Part shown: positions 50,210 to 62,130 of the stretch, in pieces
Numbering within the stretch: position 1 is the first letter of the stretch
Layout of the letters: each line of letters begins with the position of its first letter
Source: Callorhinchus milii
Lineage: Eukaryota
DNA: 64,000 nt
Reading direction: 5' to 3'
Assembly: GCF_018977255.1 (NCBI RefSeq)
Contig: NW_024704743.1
Span: forward strand, 15,936,001 to 16,000,000
The notes under the pieces: model-generated
Databases searched by the model: none
What the model was told of the DNA's origin: nothing
The model's input: the letters and a program-made list of their open reading frames with translations, nothing else
Position numbers and translations under genes: made by a program

Positions 50210-51290
50210 ATGTATATTTCAATGATTTGGATGCAGGAGTTGGGGGATTAATGTCTAAATTTATGGTTGATACTAAATTAGCAAGTGTTGTATAATTTCA
50301 GTTGTTGTTAAGAAGGATGAAGAGTGCAGGAAATTACAGGCAGATATTGATAGGTTAGCAGAATGGGCAGATTTGTGGAAAGTTAACTTCAATATAGAAA
50401 AGTGTGAACTGGTCCATTTTGAGAAAAAGAATAAGGAGGGGACTTTTATCTGATCTGGGTGACAACATTCTCAAACGAGTGAAGGAATAGAGGGATCTGG
50501 GGTTATAAATATAGAGTTTGTTGAAAGTGAGGTTGCGGTTAGAGAAATACAATACAAATTTACATTTATATAGTGCTTTTCATGTAGGGAGAATATCCCA
50601 AGGTGTGTAATGAACCTGGCTTAACATCTGAGCTGGGGCTGGGAGATAAGGGTCATGGAGGTGAGGGGAAAGATGCTCCAAAGCGTGGTCAAAGACCGAC
50701 AACAGTATTCTGGATTTATATACAGAACCACTGATTACAAAAGTAAGAATGTGATGTACAGAACATTGGTTAGGCCAAAGGTGGAATGTCGTATGCAGAT
50801 CTGGGCACCACATTATAGAAAACATATTAGAGTTACGGAGAGGATGTAGTGTAGGTTTATGAGGATAATGTGACTAAAACGATATAGCTATGAGAAGCTA
50901 GATAGGAGCAGAGAAGGTTGAGAGGAGATATGACATAGGGGTTTAAGATAATAAACGAGTTTGAGAGGATTAATGGTGAAACACTCTTTCCGTTTGGAAG
51001 AGACCAAGAGGGTGTGAATTCAAGATTGTGACCAGGAGAGTAAAAGAAGAGGCTCAGACCAAGTTCTCCTCCTGGAAGGCTGTCAGGGAATGGAATGATT
51101 TGTTGGGGTGGCTGTTTGACTAGAGTCCACTAAGGTACTTAAAAAAACTGGACAAGCACATGCACAGGAGGGGTACTTGAAGACATGAGGAAATAGGATG
51201 CAAATGATGGCTTTTTGGAGGAGTCAAACAACTCCACAAAATAAATGGACCAAATTGTTTCCGACTGTGTCATACATTTTTATGGTTCAA
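50210..51290 (+). mobile_element. Old CR1 3' fragment with a nested L2 tail (~50545-50700)
   Basis: ORF 50655..50849 YRTLVRPKVECRMQIWAPHYRK; degenerate DDTKL-like text near 50270. Confidence 0.78.
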
Positions 51291-51725
51291 AGTTACATTC
51301 TTGGTAGTGCAACATACAGATATATTAAGCAGACAGGTATATTAAGATTATGCCAATTTTCTGCAAATGGTTTGGTTTACAGCATTACAATCATCAATAC
51401 TTTTGTTTGGTCATCTGGGTATCTGACACATGCGGAAACCCATCACCACGCTTAAGAGTATCCAAACCAAACTGAGAATTCCATGCATCCCACCTACATG
51501 GAATTCACGGAGATAGATTCTTATAATCACTTTGAGAGCACTGGAGTTGACACTGGAGTTTAAACAATCTTTAGCTCAAATCCCCAATAAACATTCTTAA
51601 TTTCTGAAAATAGCTCATAAAAATGTGAATTTTCTTCACTTAGTCAGCACAACCAATAAAATATAATCCATTGCATTTGATGCCTTTGAATAGAGGCTCA
51701 TTGCACTATATAAACACAAACAAAT

Positions 51726-51890
51726 GTTTGTGGGACACCGCTGTGCGCAATTGGCTGCCGCGTTTCGCCCACAAATATACGGTCAATTCACTTTACAATA
51801 TATTCTGTGAAGCGCTTTGAGACATCTAGAAGACGTGAAAAGTGCTATATTAAATGTAAGGATGATTATTATTATTATTATTATTATTAT
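51726..51890 (+). mobile_element. tRNA-SINE 3' half with long (att)n tail
   Basis: tgtttgtgggacaccgctgtgcgcaattggctgccgcgtttcgccc... Confidence 0.88.
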
Positions 51891-52389
51891 GTGTTTTCTC
51901 CTTCCACACCAAAAACCTAGAGATCTTTCCTGCATCAATTAGATTCTAAAGTTATGAATTCATTTAGATTCATTCAAATGTTTCATTAAAAAACATAATC
52001 ATATTTAAGAACAACTCGCATTTATATAGCGCCCTTCATGTGGGGTATCGTCTCAGAGCGCTTAACGGTGGTGGAGCCTGACGCTGAGTCGGGGAAAGGA
52101 GGAAGAGGAGGTGAGTGAGCATGGTCGAAGAGCAAGGTCTTCAATCGTGGTTTAAAAGAGGGGAAGAAGGGGACAAGGAGGAGGAAGAGAGTTCCAAAGC
52201 TTCATAGTGCTGAAAGCACAGCTGTTGATGGTGGAGTGGGAGGGGACGGGAGTATATACCATATACAGCATCATTACTGTCTCTTTGCCTTTATGCAAGG
52301 ATTCTTGTCCTAAGTCGGGGCAGAGAAGCAGAAGACTTCTTCTGCTTCTCTGTAAGCAGAGACTTACTCTCAAATCATTTAAGCCATAC

Positions 52390-52475
52390 CTTTTTATTTC
52401 GATTCACACTGAGAAAATAAACACTTTCTGTTTCTACAAAAGGTGGACCCCAAGCCCTAGTGTCATCACCAGAAC
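52390..52475 (-). CDS. SUGCT: SUGCT exon (probable exon 4), 86 nt: (G)[28 protein letters not shown]
   Basis: ttctag|GTTCT...AAAAAG|gtatgg. GDDTRxWGPP and [10 protein letters not shown] motifs. Confidence 0.96.
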
Positions 52476-53792
52476 CTAGAACAGAAGGAAAAGAATGGTA
52501 ACTTTTTAAAAGAATCACAATGAAACAACAGATTTAATGGAAACCTGTGAACTATGAAGCACTCTCCAAATCAAAGTCGTTTTCCCAACAAGTCTAGTTT
52601 TGTTATAAAACCCTACACTAAGATGCATGAAAGCACCATTTTTTTGGGGGGGAAATACTCTTTGGATAGTAAACAGTGTGGCTATATTAGGCATATTAAT
52701 ATTTGAGTATGTTCACTAAAATAGGTCAGGATTAAGTCAATGTAGCATCACTTATATTGTGACGAATCTCTTTGGAATCAAATACTCCCACTTAAAACTA
52801 ATTTTAAAACACACCCACACACAATTAAATGTCATTAAAGTGCAAATATATCTCAGCCCTTTTCAACTACGCATTTAACATTCACTCAGCACTGCTGCAA
52901 TGAAAGACATTTAACAATGCTAACCTCACTTAATGATGTGCTTGCTGTTACATGATGTAGTTGCTTGAGTGTGAGAGAACATTGCATTAGCCCAGGCATG
53001 AACAATTATTAAATATATATACACACTATAATTGTACTTATGTACCATGAGGTATTTAAAGTTGATAACTCCCATTAATCATAATTAGGGCTCTGATTTT
53101 CTGGGTTTATTAATATGATTTGATGAGGTTTATTTAGCAATTGTTTAGCAAATTTTGGAGTGTTTATAAATGGGGGGTTGGGGGCTTGTGTTATTGTCAT
53201 GAGAAGATGCCTGAGCACATGGAGGGGAGAGAGGCCTCTCACACATGTGTGGTACGTCCCTCCTCTCACAAGCACTTCTACAGGCGCTCCTGCGCACACG
53301 GAGAGGGAGCGGGATACTCGCGCAGTCGGCCAACCAGGACACCGCCAAGAGCGAGTGAGAGAGAAAACCTCACTTTAGAATTACATCGGGACAGGTATTT
53401 CTGGTGTTTATTGCATAAACACGGATTTCAATTTATTCGCCCACAAAACATACAGTCCAACACTTTACAGTATATTCTGTGAAGCGCTTCGAGACATCTC
53501 AATGATGTGATAATGTGCGATATCAAATGCAAGAATTATTATTTGCATCAGGGGATGGGGGGGGAAATGGCTTCAGCTAAAAATGATAATGTAATCAGAA
53601 GAAGCCCTATTCATAATCTACCAACTATTGGAAATGATAATGCCCCAAACCACAGGGACAGGTGGAGCCCACCAAGCCTACTCTGCCAGATCATGACAGA
53701 TCTTGTAATTCTATTGCCCCAATTTTTTTCTTTATGTCTTAATACCCTTCATTTTGAAGCATCTATCTATTGTATCTCTTATCAGACTCAAT

Positions 53793-54151
53793 TAATAATC
53801 CTTGCATTTAATATAGCGCCTTATCAAGTCTTTGAGATGTCTCAAAGCGCTTCACAGAATATACTGTAAAGTGAATTTACTGTATATTTTATGGGTGAAA
53901 TGTGGCAGCCATTTGCGCAGAGCAGCGTCCCACAAACAGTCGTGGATTGAGTGACCAAAATTATAATTTTTTTGGAAGTAATTGTTATCTCCGGAAAAGT
54001 GATCCGCCAATTGACTAACAACCGGGTTCCTTCTTACTGTTAGGTGAACAGAGGTGTGTGGAGGGAGGAAACTTGCCCAATTTTTCGTCCTGCCCGGTAA
54101 TTCAACTCGCCTTGCGAGGCGAGTGCTCTAATCAGAAAGCTACAGGACGCC
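53793..54151 (-). mobile_element. tRNA-SINE, full-length
   Basis: Reverse complement of head, core and tail. Confidence 0.88.
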
Positions 54152-54214
54152 ACCCACTACGCTATGACTCCAACTGACTGCATCACCAACCTCCTGGACA
54201 GTGCACACTTATGA

Positions 54215-54380
54215 ACAAAACACAAAATGCTGCAGATGCTGGAATCTGAAACAAAACAGAGAGAGCTGGGAAAACAATGTAGAAAGGAAAGTGAATCAAC
54301 GTTTTGGGTGTTGACTCACTTTCCTTTCTCCATAATGTTGCCTGACCTGCTGAGTTTTCCCAGCTCTCTCTGTTTTTGTG
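54215..54380. repeat. Palindromic (foldback) repeat resembling the MER6-like / Penelope-associated shark repeat
   Basis: aaaacagagagagctgggaaaac (54253-54275) pairs perfectly with gttttcccagctctctctgtttt (54354-54376). Inner arms agaaaggaaagtgaatcaac / gttgactcactttcctttct. Family name from recall. Confidence 0.7.
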
Positions 54381-54909
54381 CACATTTATTGTTTGACTCC
54401 CAACTTCCTTTAAAATCCACATTTGTGCTCTGAGCTACTTATCTTTCCCCCACCTCTGAAACATTGTTTATTCAGCTATATAAATGTAAATTTGTATTAT
54501 AGTGTTATATAGTCCAGCATCCTATCAGTTAATTAATTGCTTTCTGTGTCTGCAAACTATGTGCTCACTTGCCTAATCTATGTTCCTGTGTCATTTGGTG
54601 TTATTGATCTCACAATTTACCACTCCTAACTGTGTCATCAATAAATTTAGAAATCTTCCTCTTTATTATTAATGGGTGTTAGTTGACTCATTGCTTACCC
54701 TGTCAAAACAGTGTGAGGCAGCAATAAACAAGCTAACCAAGATGCTGCGCTCTATTACCCAGCAGTCAATCAGTTAAATTCAGACCCTAGAAGTCATACT
54801 CAAGCTATGCAGCCCTCTGGTCAGGCTGCACTGTTCTGCACGGCCATCATATAAAGGGGGCTCCCCAGGCCCTAGAGGCAGTAGAGAGAAGAGAACGAGA
54901 TGATCAACT

Positions 54910-55580
54910 ACCATATGTATGCAGATACACCCAACTCTATCTCTCCGCCTCCACCTTCGACTCCAGGACCACTGCTGTCCTCACAGACTGCCTGTCGGAC
55001 ATCGTCCTGGTTCATCCAGACTGACCCTCCTGCTTGGCTTCCTTCAGTGCCTTCATACCTCGGGCGCTGACAGCATCACCCTTCATGGATGCCCTCTACA
55101 CCTCACGGAGCCAATACGGAACCTCAGCGTTCTGTTCAACCATCAACTGTCCTTCAACCCCCATTTCATCCGACTCCATTGGCTCCCCTTCACTCAGAGG
55201 ATCCTGTTCAAGATTCTGGTCCTCACCTTCAAAGCCCTCCACGGCCTTGCTCCCCCCTACCTCTGTGACCTCCTAACCCCCTATCAACCTGCCCACTCCC
55301 TCCACTCAGCGAGCTCCGGCCTGCTTCACGTCCCCGCCTTGCCCACCCCACCATTGACAAGTGGGCCTTCAGCCTTTCTGCCACACCCTCTGGAACTCCA
55401 TTCCACAGGCCCTCTGCCTCGTCCCCTCCTTTGCCTCCTTCAAGACCCATCTCAAGACCCTCCTCTTCGACAGTGCCTTCGTTCACCCTGCTACCACCAC
55501 CCTCCCTGACTTCCACCCCTCCTGATCCCAACCAGGGCGGATCCCTGACTGTCCAGCACCTCGAGACATCCTCCTGACAT
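54910..55580 (+). mobile_element. L2 3' fragment, internally deleted
   Basis: ORF 54919..55509 (EPIRNLSVLF...LHWLPFTQRILFKIL). Confidence 0.9.
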
Positions 55581-55629
55581 GTTGTTGATGAACCCCAGTG
55601 TTAAGAGCAATGAGCTATGAACAACAATT

Positions 55630-56000
55630 AGCCAAATTAGGGCTCTTATCTTAAGAGAAGATGACTTAGAAGGCCCTTTATAAAGGTGCATAAAATTTTA
55701 AATGGTATTGAAAAAGTAAGTCCAGAACAAAACTTTAGGATGCAACAAAGCAGTAGAACAAGAGGATATATTTTTAGATTTGCAAAAGGCAATTTCAAGA
55801 CAGTCACAAGGAAGTTTTGTTTTACTCAGAGTGTAATTAATGATTGTAACAAGTTGCCAGGAAGAGTGGCTGACGTCAGGTCAATGGGTGCATTTAAAAA
55901 GCAGCTTAATGCTGTGATAGGGAACGGTAAGGGGGCTGCTCTGGAGGGATGAGATCAGATGGACTGAAGGCCCTCCTTCATCCAAACCGATCTTGTGAGG
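55630..56000 (+). mobile_element. CR1 3' fragment (related copy ~62260-62570)
   Basis: ORF 55686..55952 (RTRG..F...RKFCFTQSVINDCNKLP). Confidence 0.82.
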
Positions 56001-59000
56001 TGATTCAATACAACAGTATCTGGTACTGAGAGAAGCATCATTTCCACAGCTAACTGAGAGCCTCTAGTGGATGAAGCCAAATATTACAGCAGCTGGCAAA
56101 ACTCTCCAAACAACCAAGAATAAGAGCATTTATTTTTGTCAAATCCTGGGCCTACTTAACCAAAAACTTTTATCCTGCCCTAGTCTTACTTGATCAGCAT
56201 GCTAAATTGTACAACCTGTATTATTACATATTACAAGAAACTAACATCTACATTCTTCAATGCTAACACCACTATGCGGACAGGTGAATGATAATAACGA
56301 TTATTATTATCAATTATTAATAATAACAATAATCCTTACATTTGATATAGTGCCTTATCACATCGTCAAAATGCCTCAAAGCACTTTACAGGAATTGCTG
56401 TAGAATGTAATAACTACATTTTGTTGGCGTACAAGGCATCCAATTTTTGCACAACAATATCAAACAATTCTATCCTAGCAGATTAGTGACCAGAACAGCA
56501 TGGACTGCCTTCTTTTTGAATAGTGCCATGGGATTGTGAATGTCCATCTGAACAGGCAGCCAGGACCTCAATTTAACGTCTTATACAAAGGGCTGCACCT
56601 TCAATAATGCAGGGCACTGTGTTGGAGTGTCAGCCTAGAGATAAATCCACAATTTTCTAACTCAGAGGCTAGAGTACTACAAACTAAGCCAGGCTGACAC
56701 CCAGACCACAGAAGGACATTTCAAAGTGCTTCACGGAAATATAATATAAAGTGTAATGATTGTCCATTCTGTGGGAAAATGCAGCAACCAATTTGCACAT
56801 AGCAATGTCCCATAGACAGTCATGAAGTGAATTGACCAATTTTATTTGGGGATTGGTGGCCAGCATGCCATGAGAAACTTTTTATTTTCTGATCAGTTGT
56901 GCTGTCAACATCTGAGTCACTCATCATTACCAACATGATTTTCAACCCATAATTTTGGAAAACATCTGCAGCCTGTTAAATGATCTATTTTAAACATGCA
57001 GGTCACTACTTTTGGATTTATAACCATAAAGACATTAACCCTGTTTTCTAAAGTTTCAAGTTAAGAAAACTAAGGTAGCAATGCAGAAAAACTTCCATAA
57101 ATCTGATCTGTATAAATCGTATAATCACCTGAGTTGTACATCTACCCAAGTCCGGTTCCTATTAAATCCACTTAAACGTATCTGCATTTACATTTACAAT
57201 CACACCAGCCTCAAACAGAACACCTCCAACGTCTTCCCCTCCTGGGGGCATAACATCAACATCATGGCACACAGCAGTGTGGGGATGAGCGGGGGCAGAG
57301 GGGCTGAGAGAGGAAAGAACGTCACCTGAACATGTGGAGGACGAAGGGGACTCGTCTCAGTGTATTATGAGTGGGAACTCTGCTCATTCATGTCATGACT
57401 GGAGCACAGCCTTGTGGCTACAGGAGCAGTGCTGTACTGAGTGTTGGGATGCGCATGCGAGGTGTTCCGTTTGAAGTACGTGCGGGAAACAAAGTTTTGA
57501 CCTGGAATAAGAACATAAGAACTGCAAGACGAAAAAAGATCAAGGTACATCCAGTTCGCCTTCCACCTTCCTGGTGGTCTCATGCACATACGTCTCAAAC
57601 TACCTATGTACTACAGTATATCTCATAAGGCAGCCAGTTGGTTCAGCAGTCGCAAGTGTGGTAGTGCCCGTCACGAGTTGTGCGATTGTTAATACGGTTT
57701 CCTCCAAACTAACAGCTCCAACAATGACAACAATAACTTGCATTTATATTGCGGCCCTCATGCAGGGTAAAACATAAGGCTACAGATTTGTATCATCTCC
57801 CACTGCAAGAAAAATACAATAAAACGCAACAGGAACATTCAAATAAAACATTGACAGATAATAAAACAAGTTGAAAAGTATGTGAAAATAGTTGTTCTGG
57901 AAATTGATGGGCCTGAAAATTTCCATTTTGAAATTTTGTCGTAATGTGTTCATCCCATCTAGGCTCGGCTACGCCAACTCCCTGCTTATCGGCCTTCCCA
58001 ACTCTTCCCTCCACAAACTGCAGATTATCCAGAACTCTGCAGCTCGTATCCACTCGCGCACCAAGCTCATCAATATAGACAACTCTAAGTATAAAAACGG
58101 AGGTTCCTGGGGTACAATACTATAAAATAGACTGTCACTATACTTTACCTACAATAATTGTGCAAAGCACTTTGAGATATCCTCCTGACACGAAAATACA
58201 AATAAAACTCAATTCTTGATGCAATTGTGTGTCAAGAAATATATCTCCTGTTTATGATACTTAAGAAAGCGGTATAATGCAGTTGATACTTCATTTCTCT
58301 CCACTTATTTAGAGTCTGCAAATGCTTGGATGGGATTAAGGAATATTCTATACATTAAAGCATATGTAGAGACGACTCCTGGTACTCCTGACACTGCAAG
58401 AGAATGCTCAGTCCATAAGCACCATTAGTTCAAAGGCCAGAATGGAATTCGGTACTATACCTACACCGAAACAATCTAATGCAGCACCATCTAAGCATTT
58501 GATTTGCCTGGCACAGAGAATATATAGAAGATGGATGGCAAATTGACAAGACACATTTTATGAAAAAAGTAGGAAGAAAGAGGAAGAACAGCATTTGATT
58601 CTGAAGACCAATTGGCACACTTTCAAGCCAACTTAATTGTCAGAATATTGGGCAATCAAAGCATGTTGGGAATTACAAGATAGATCTCGGTGGTACTGAA
58701 CCACATATTGACTGCAGGCAAGTTCACTACAGAGTGGATGCCAACCAACACAATGTCTGGAAATCAGTCCTCTCACACGGATACAGCACCATAGGAGCAA
58801 CATTAACATCTGCTCTGCCTGAGGCTGTACATTTAGTTTCACTTCAATTACATGCTTGTAATCCAGTGCAATGAAAACACAGGGTAGACACTGTTAGCTT
58901 CAACAGTAGTTGGCACCAATGTACAACATGTGAAGCCAAACACAATCTGCATGGTGTCTGTCTTATTGGCAGAGATTCTGCCGATTGAAATGGTATTCAA

Positions 59001-60968
59001 TCATGACTTTACCAACTTCTCTTGCCATTGCTAGGAATGCACATGCACAGGCTGTTGTAGCAACTCCTCATAGGCAGATTAGTGGGACACTTTATAATTT
59101 GGAGGTTGAAAATGTCTAATTTACTGAAGGGAATCTGCATTCTCCAAAAATGGGAGTTTTGGGGTTCTGCAGTAATGGAATGTATTTTTCTGCCTTAAAT
59201 CTTCTGATAGAAACTCTCTTCCAGTGTTTATAAAGACTATTAATGCTTCAAAAATACATGATTGTATCCAGAGAAACCTTTCAACTCTAAGACCAACTGT
59301 AAGAAATATTTTTATTTGTGAAACCTTGCGAGTGTCAGTAAGTAGATGGGACATGGACTCTGGTATTGCTCCTGCATTAAATTAAGTTAAAATAAATGTT
59401 TAAAACAGTATAACAAACAAAAACAAAGGCAACTTTTCTTCATAGTTTCCTTATTGATTTCATATGTACCAAGTGATGTCAATGCTGGTATTGATCACAA
59501 TGTTAGTTTAACACACGGAATATATAAACAGACTGTTGGAATGGAAACACTGCTTCAGGTTCTGGAGATTAAATGCAACCAGCAAAATAATAGTGCATCG
59601 TGAATATCAAGCTCGGTTCAAAAGGCTCAGAGGACTGAAGTACAGCAATAAACAAAAAGAACAGAATATTAACAAAGATAACATGTATAAAGTTGTCTAA
59701 AGAGTACAGCACAATTGTGTCTCAGGCAGATATTTTGCATTGTTTATCCTAACACTGAGATTGGAGCTCAAGAATTTTCTTCCAAACACTATACACTCTA
59801 CATAAATAAACGCACCCTGCAATTCCAGAATTGCAACATCCCTACTACGTGCATTTGGGAGAGATGCAAGCATCTTATCCCTCCAGCTCCAGTTGAATTG
59901 GGCAGTTTGGTACGTCACTGTGCAGATATGTGACCTACGAAACCCCAAGTTCTCATAGTCCAAGCGTTAAGACCATTCTCTTAAAATGTAAAATAGCAAA
60001 AATTTTAAAATTCCTAAATTCAGCCTTAATTTGCAAGCTAGTTTTCTGAAATGATTAAAAATAACTGTAGACTGTCAAACCAACACTATATGAACGATTT
60101 CGGCAACGAATAGCATCCTTTACAGAAACATTGTTTCTAACACTATTCAGTAAAAGCAGAGTGAAAATTATATGTGAAGTTTCATAGAATTGATTTAAAT
60201 ATTTCAAGTCACCATTAATATTTATAGTTTAGTACTGTATCCCATTAATGTAAACATATATTATTGCTTTAATTTTAAGACATAAATATTCCAAAACATT
60301 TTCCAATGAAGCACAACTCCACAAAGATTATATTTTGCTCCTCATAACTCCTATGAGTAAGTATTATAAATTTTACAGCTATAAATTAAAGAGTGTTATT
60401 TCTCCTCAGGGAATTTGATTCCATCATAAATAAAGACAAGAACCTAACAGTTCAGCAGAGGGAGGAAAAATAGGAAAACAGATTTTTTCCACTGAGACTA
60501 TAAGTTAACAAGTTGGTCCCCCGTTATTACACAGTGCCACCAGTCAGCACTCTTGGCTCAATAATGCTGTTGCCACGGACATCACCAAACCATGCTTAGA
60601 AAGCAAGCAACTGCGCTCGCGAGCATTTGCAGCAGCAGCTAGACACCTGCTCGCTATAGCTGGAAGCGTAGCCCAGGTCTGCAGTGCAACAATGTTATAA
60701 GCAGAGAGTGGTAGACTGAAGTGCGGTATATATTTTGAGGATACTTTTAGTACCAAATGAGAACAAATGAAAAACTAAATGTATGTTTCTGAAAGTGAAA
60801 TCTAAACGTTTCTGTCGTGCATTATCAAGTGGCAAGTCCATTGAAACCTTGAAGGGAATACCAGTATCTAAACCTGAGCTTCTGACCCAACAATTAGGTG
60901 ACTTCTCTCAACAGATGCAAACTCAGTTTGTGCTAATGTTCTTTAGCCAAGGTACAATAGTCCATTAC

Positions 60969-61042
60969 CTTTTTTTTCTACTTTGATGACTTCTGCGCCC
61001 AAGTCTCCTAAGATCATGGTAGCAAAAGGTCCTGCTAATACC
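60969..61042 (-). CDS. SUGCT: SUGCT exon (probable exon 3), 74 nt: (R)[24 protein letters not shown](G)
   Basis: aaacag|GGTATTA...AAAAAG|gtaatg. Classic family III motif [21 protein letters not shown]; separated from the previous exon by a 98-nt intron. Confidence 0.96.
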
Positions 61043-61140
61043 CTGTTTGGAATGGAAAATGGAAAAGTAATTATAATTCTTAGAATCATAGAACATAGCA
61101 AATTCTTACCAGAACATTTTTTGTTAGTTTTGCATTGTAC

Positions 61141-61192
61141 CTTGTGAGATCCAGTACTTTAATTCCTTCCAGAGGTTTTACATTGCTGTGAC
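61141..61192 (-). CDS. SUGCT: SUGCT internal coding exon (probable exon 2), 52 nt: (G)[16 protein letters not shown](R)
   Basis: Minus strand ttttcag|GTCAC...CACAAG|gtacaa. Encodes the KPLEG(I/V)K(I/V)LDLTR N-terminal motif of CaiB/BaiF CoA-transferase family III; phase fits the next exon. Confidence 0.93.
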
Positions 61193-61339
61193 CTGAAAAT
61201 CAAAAACACAAAAATATTAAAGAGAGCATAACATGTTATCTGGAATCATAAGAGATAACTTCAGCTTCATGGCACACACATGATGGTTATCTTCATGGGA
61301 AAACATTGATATCTGACAATTTATGACCCTCTAGAAAAT

Positions 61340-62130
61340 GAAAGCACGGTCGAAGAGGATGGTCTTGAGGCGTGCCTTGAAGGAGGCAAGGGGGAGAGTG
61401 AGGAAGGTGGGATGGAGTTCCAGAAGGTGGGAACAGAGAGGTTGAAGGCCCGACCGCCAATGGTGGGCCGGGCCAGGAGGGGAATATGGAGCAGGCAGGA
61501 GTCTGCTGAGCAGAGGGAGTGAGGGACAAGCAGGAGGCCAGTCAGTGCAACAGAAGGCCAGTCGGTGCAACAGAAGGCCAGTCGGTGCAACAGAAGGCCA
61601 GTTGGTGCAATAGAAGCACCAGGTGGTGGATTAAGGAGTGAGGAGGTCGGAGAGGGAGGGAGGTGCCGGGGAGTGAAGAGATTTGAACACAAGTGTGAGG
61701 ATCTTGAAGTTGATCCGTTTGGTGATAGGGAATCAGTGGAGCCTGGCCAGAACTGGTGAGATATGGGTACAGAGTTTGGTCCGGGTCAGTATGTGGGCAG
61801 CAAAGTTCTGAATGAGCTGGATTTTTTGAATAGTGGAGCTGGGGAGATCAGCGAGGAGTGTGTTTGAGTAATCCAAGCGGGAGGTGACAAATGCATGCAC
61901 AAGGCTTTCGTCTGCATTTGGGGCAAGGTACAGTCGGAGATAGAGGAAGATGGTCCTGATCAGGGACCAGATGTGGGGGAGGAAGGTTAGCTGGGTGTCG
62001 AACCGGATGCCTAGATTGCGCACTGGTTCGGTGAGCCTGAGAAAGAGCCCAGGGAGGTTGAGGAGTTCAGATCCGAAAGAGAAACCATTTGCTGACATGA
62101 AGTGGAGGTGGTTGGTTAGACATAAGCATG
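61340..62130 (-). mobile_element. Degenerate L2 3' fragment
   Basis: ORFs 61733..62143 (EPVRNLGI...SRLDYSNTLL) and 61321..61692 (RPTIGGRAF). Confidence 0.88.
61535..61616. repeat. 4 x 20-bp minisatellite (aggccagtcggtgcaacaga)
   Basis: Contiguous units without spacers, inside the L2 remnant. Confidence 0.92.

Noticed and set aside
57430..57620. NRF1-like TGCGCATGCG site and a possible palindromic MITE around a CR1 tail
   Set aside because: The inverted symmetry is too weak, there is no clear TSD, and a single motif is not enough support.
58068..58095. Peptide IDNSKYK in ORF 57892..58125, resembling my recollection of a later human SUGCT exon
   Set aside because: Wrong strand and position, only 7 residues, no splice context, sandwiched between repeat remnants; treated as coincidence.
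61535..61616. CRISPR-like repeat
   Set aside because: No spacers; simple tandem minisatellite.
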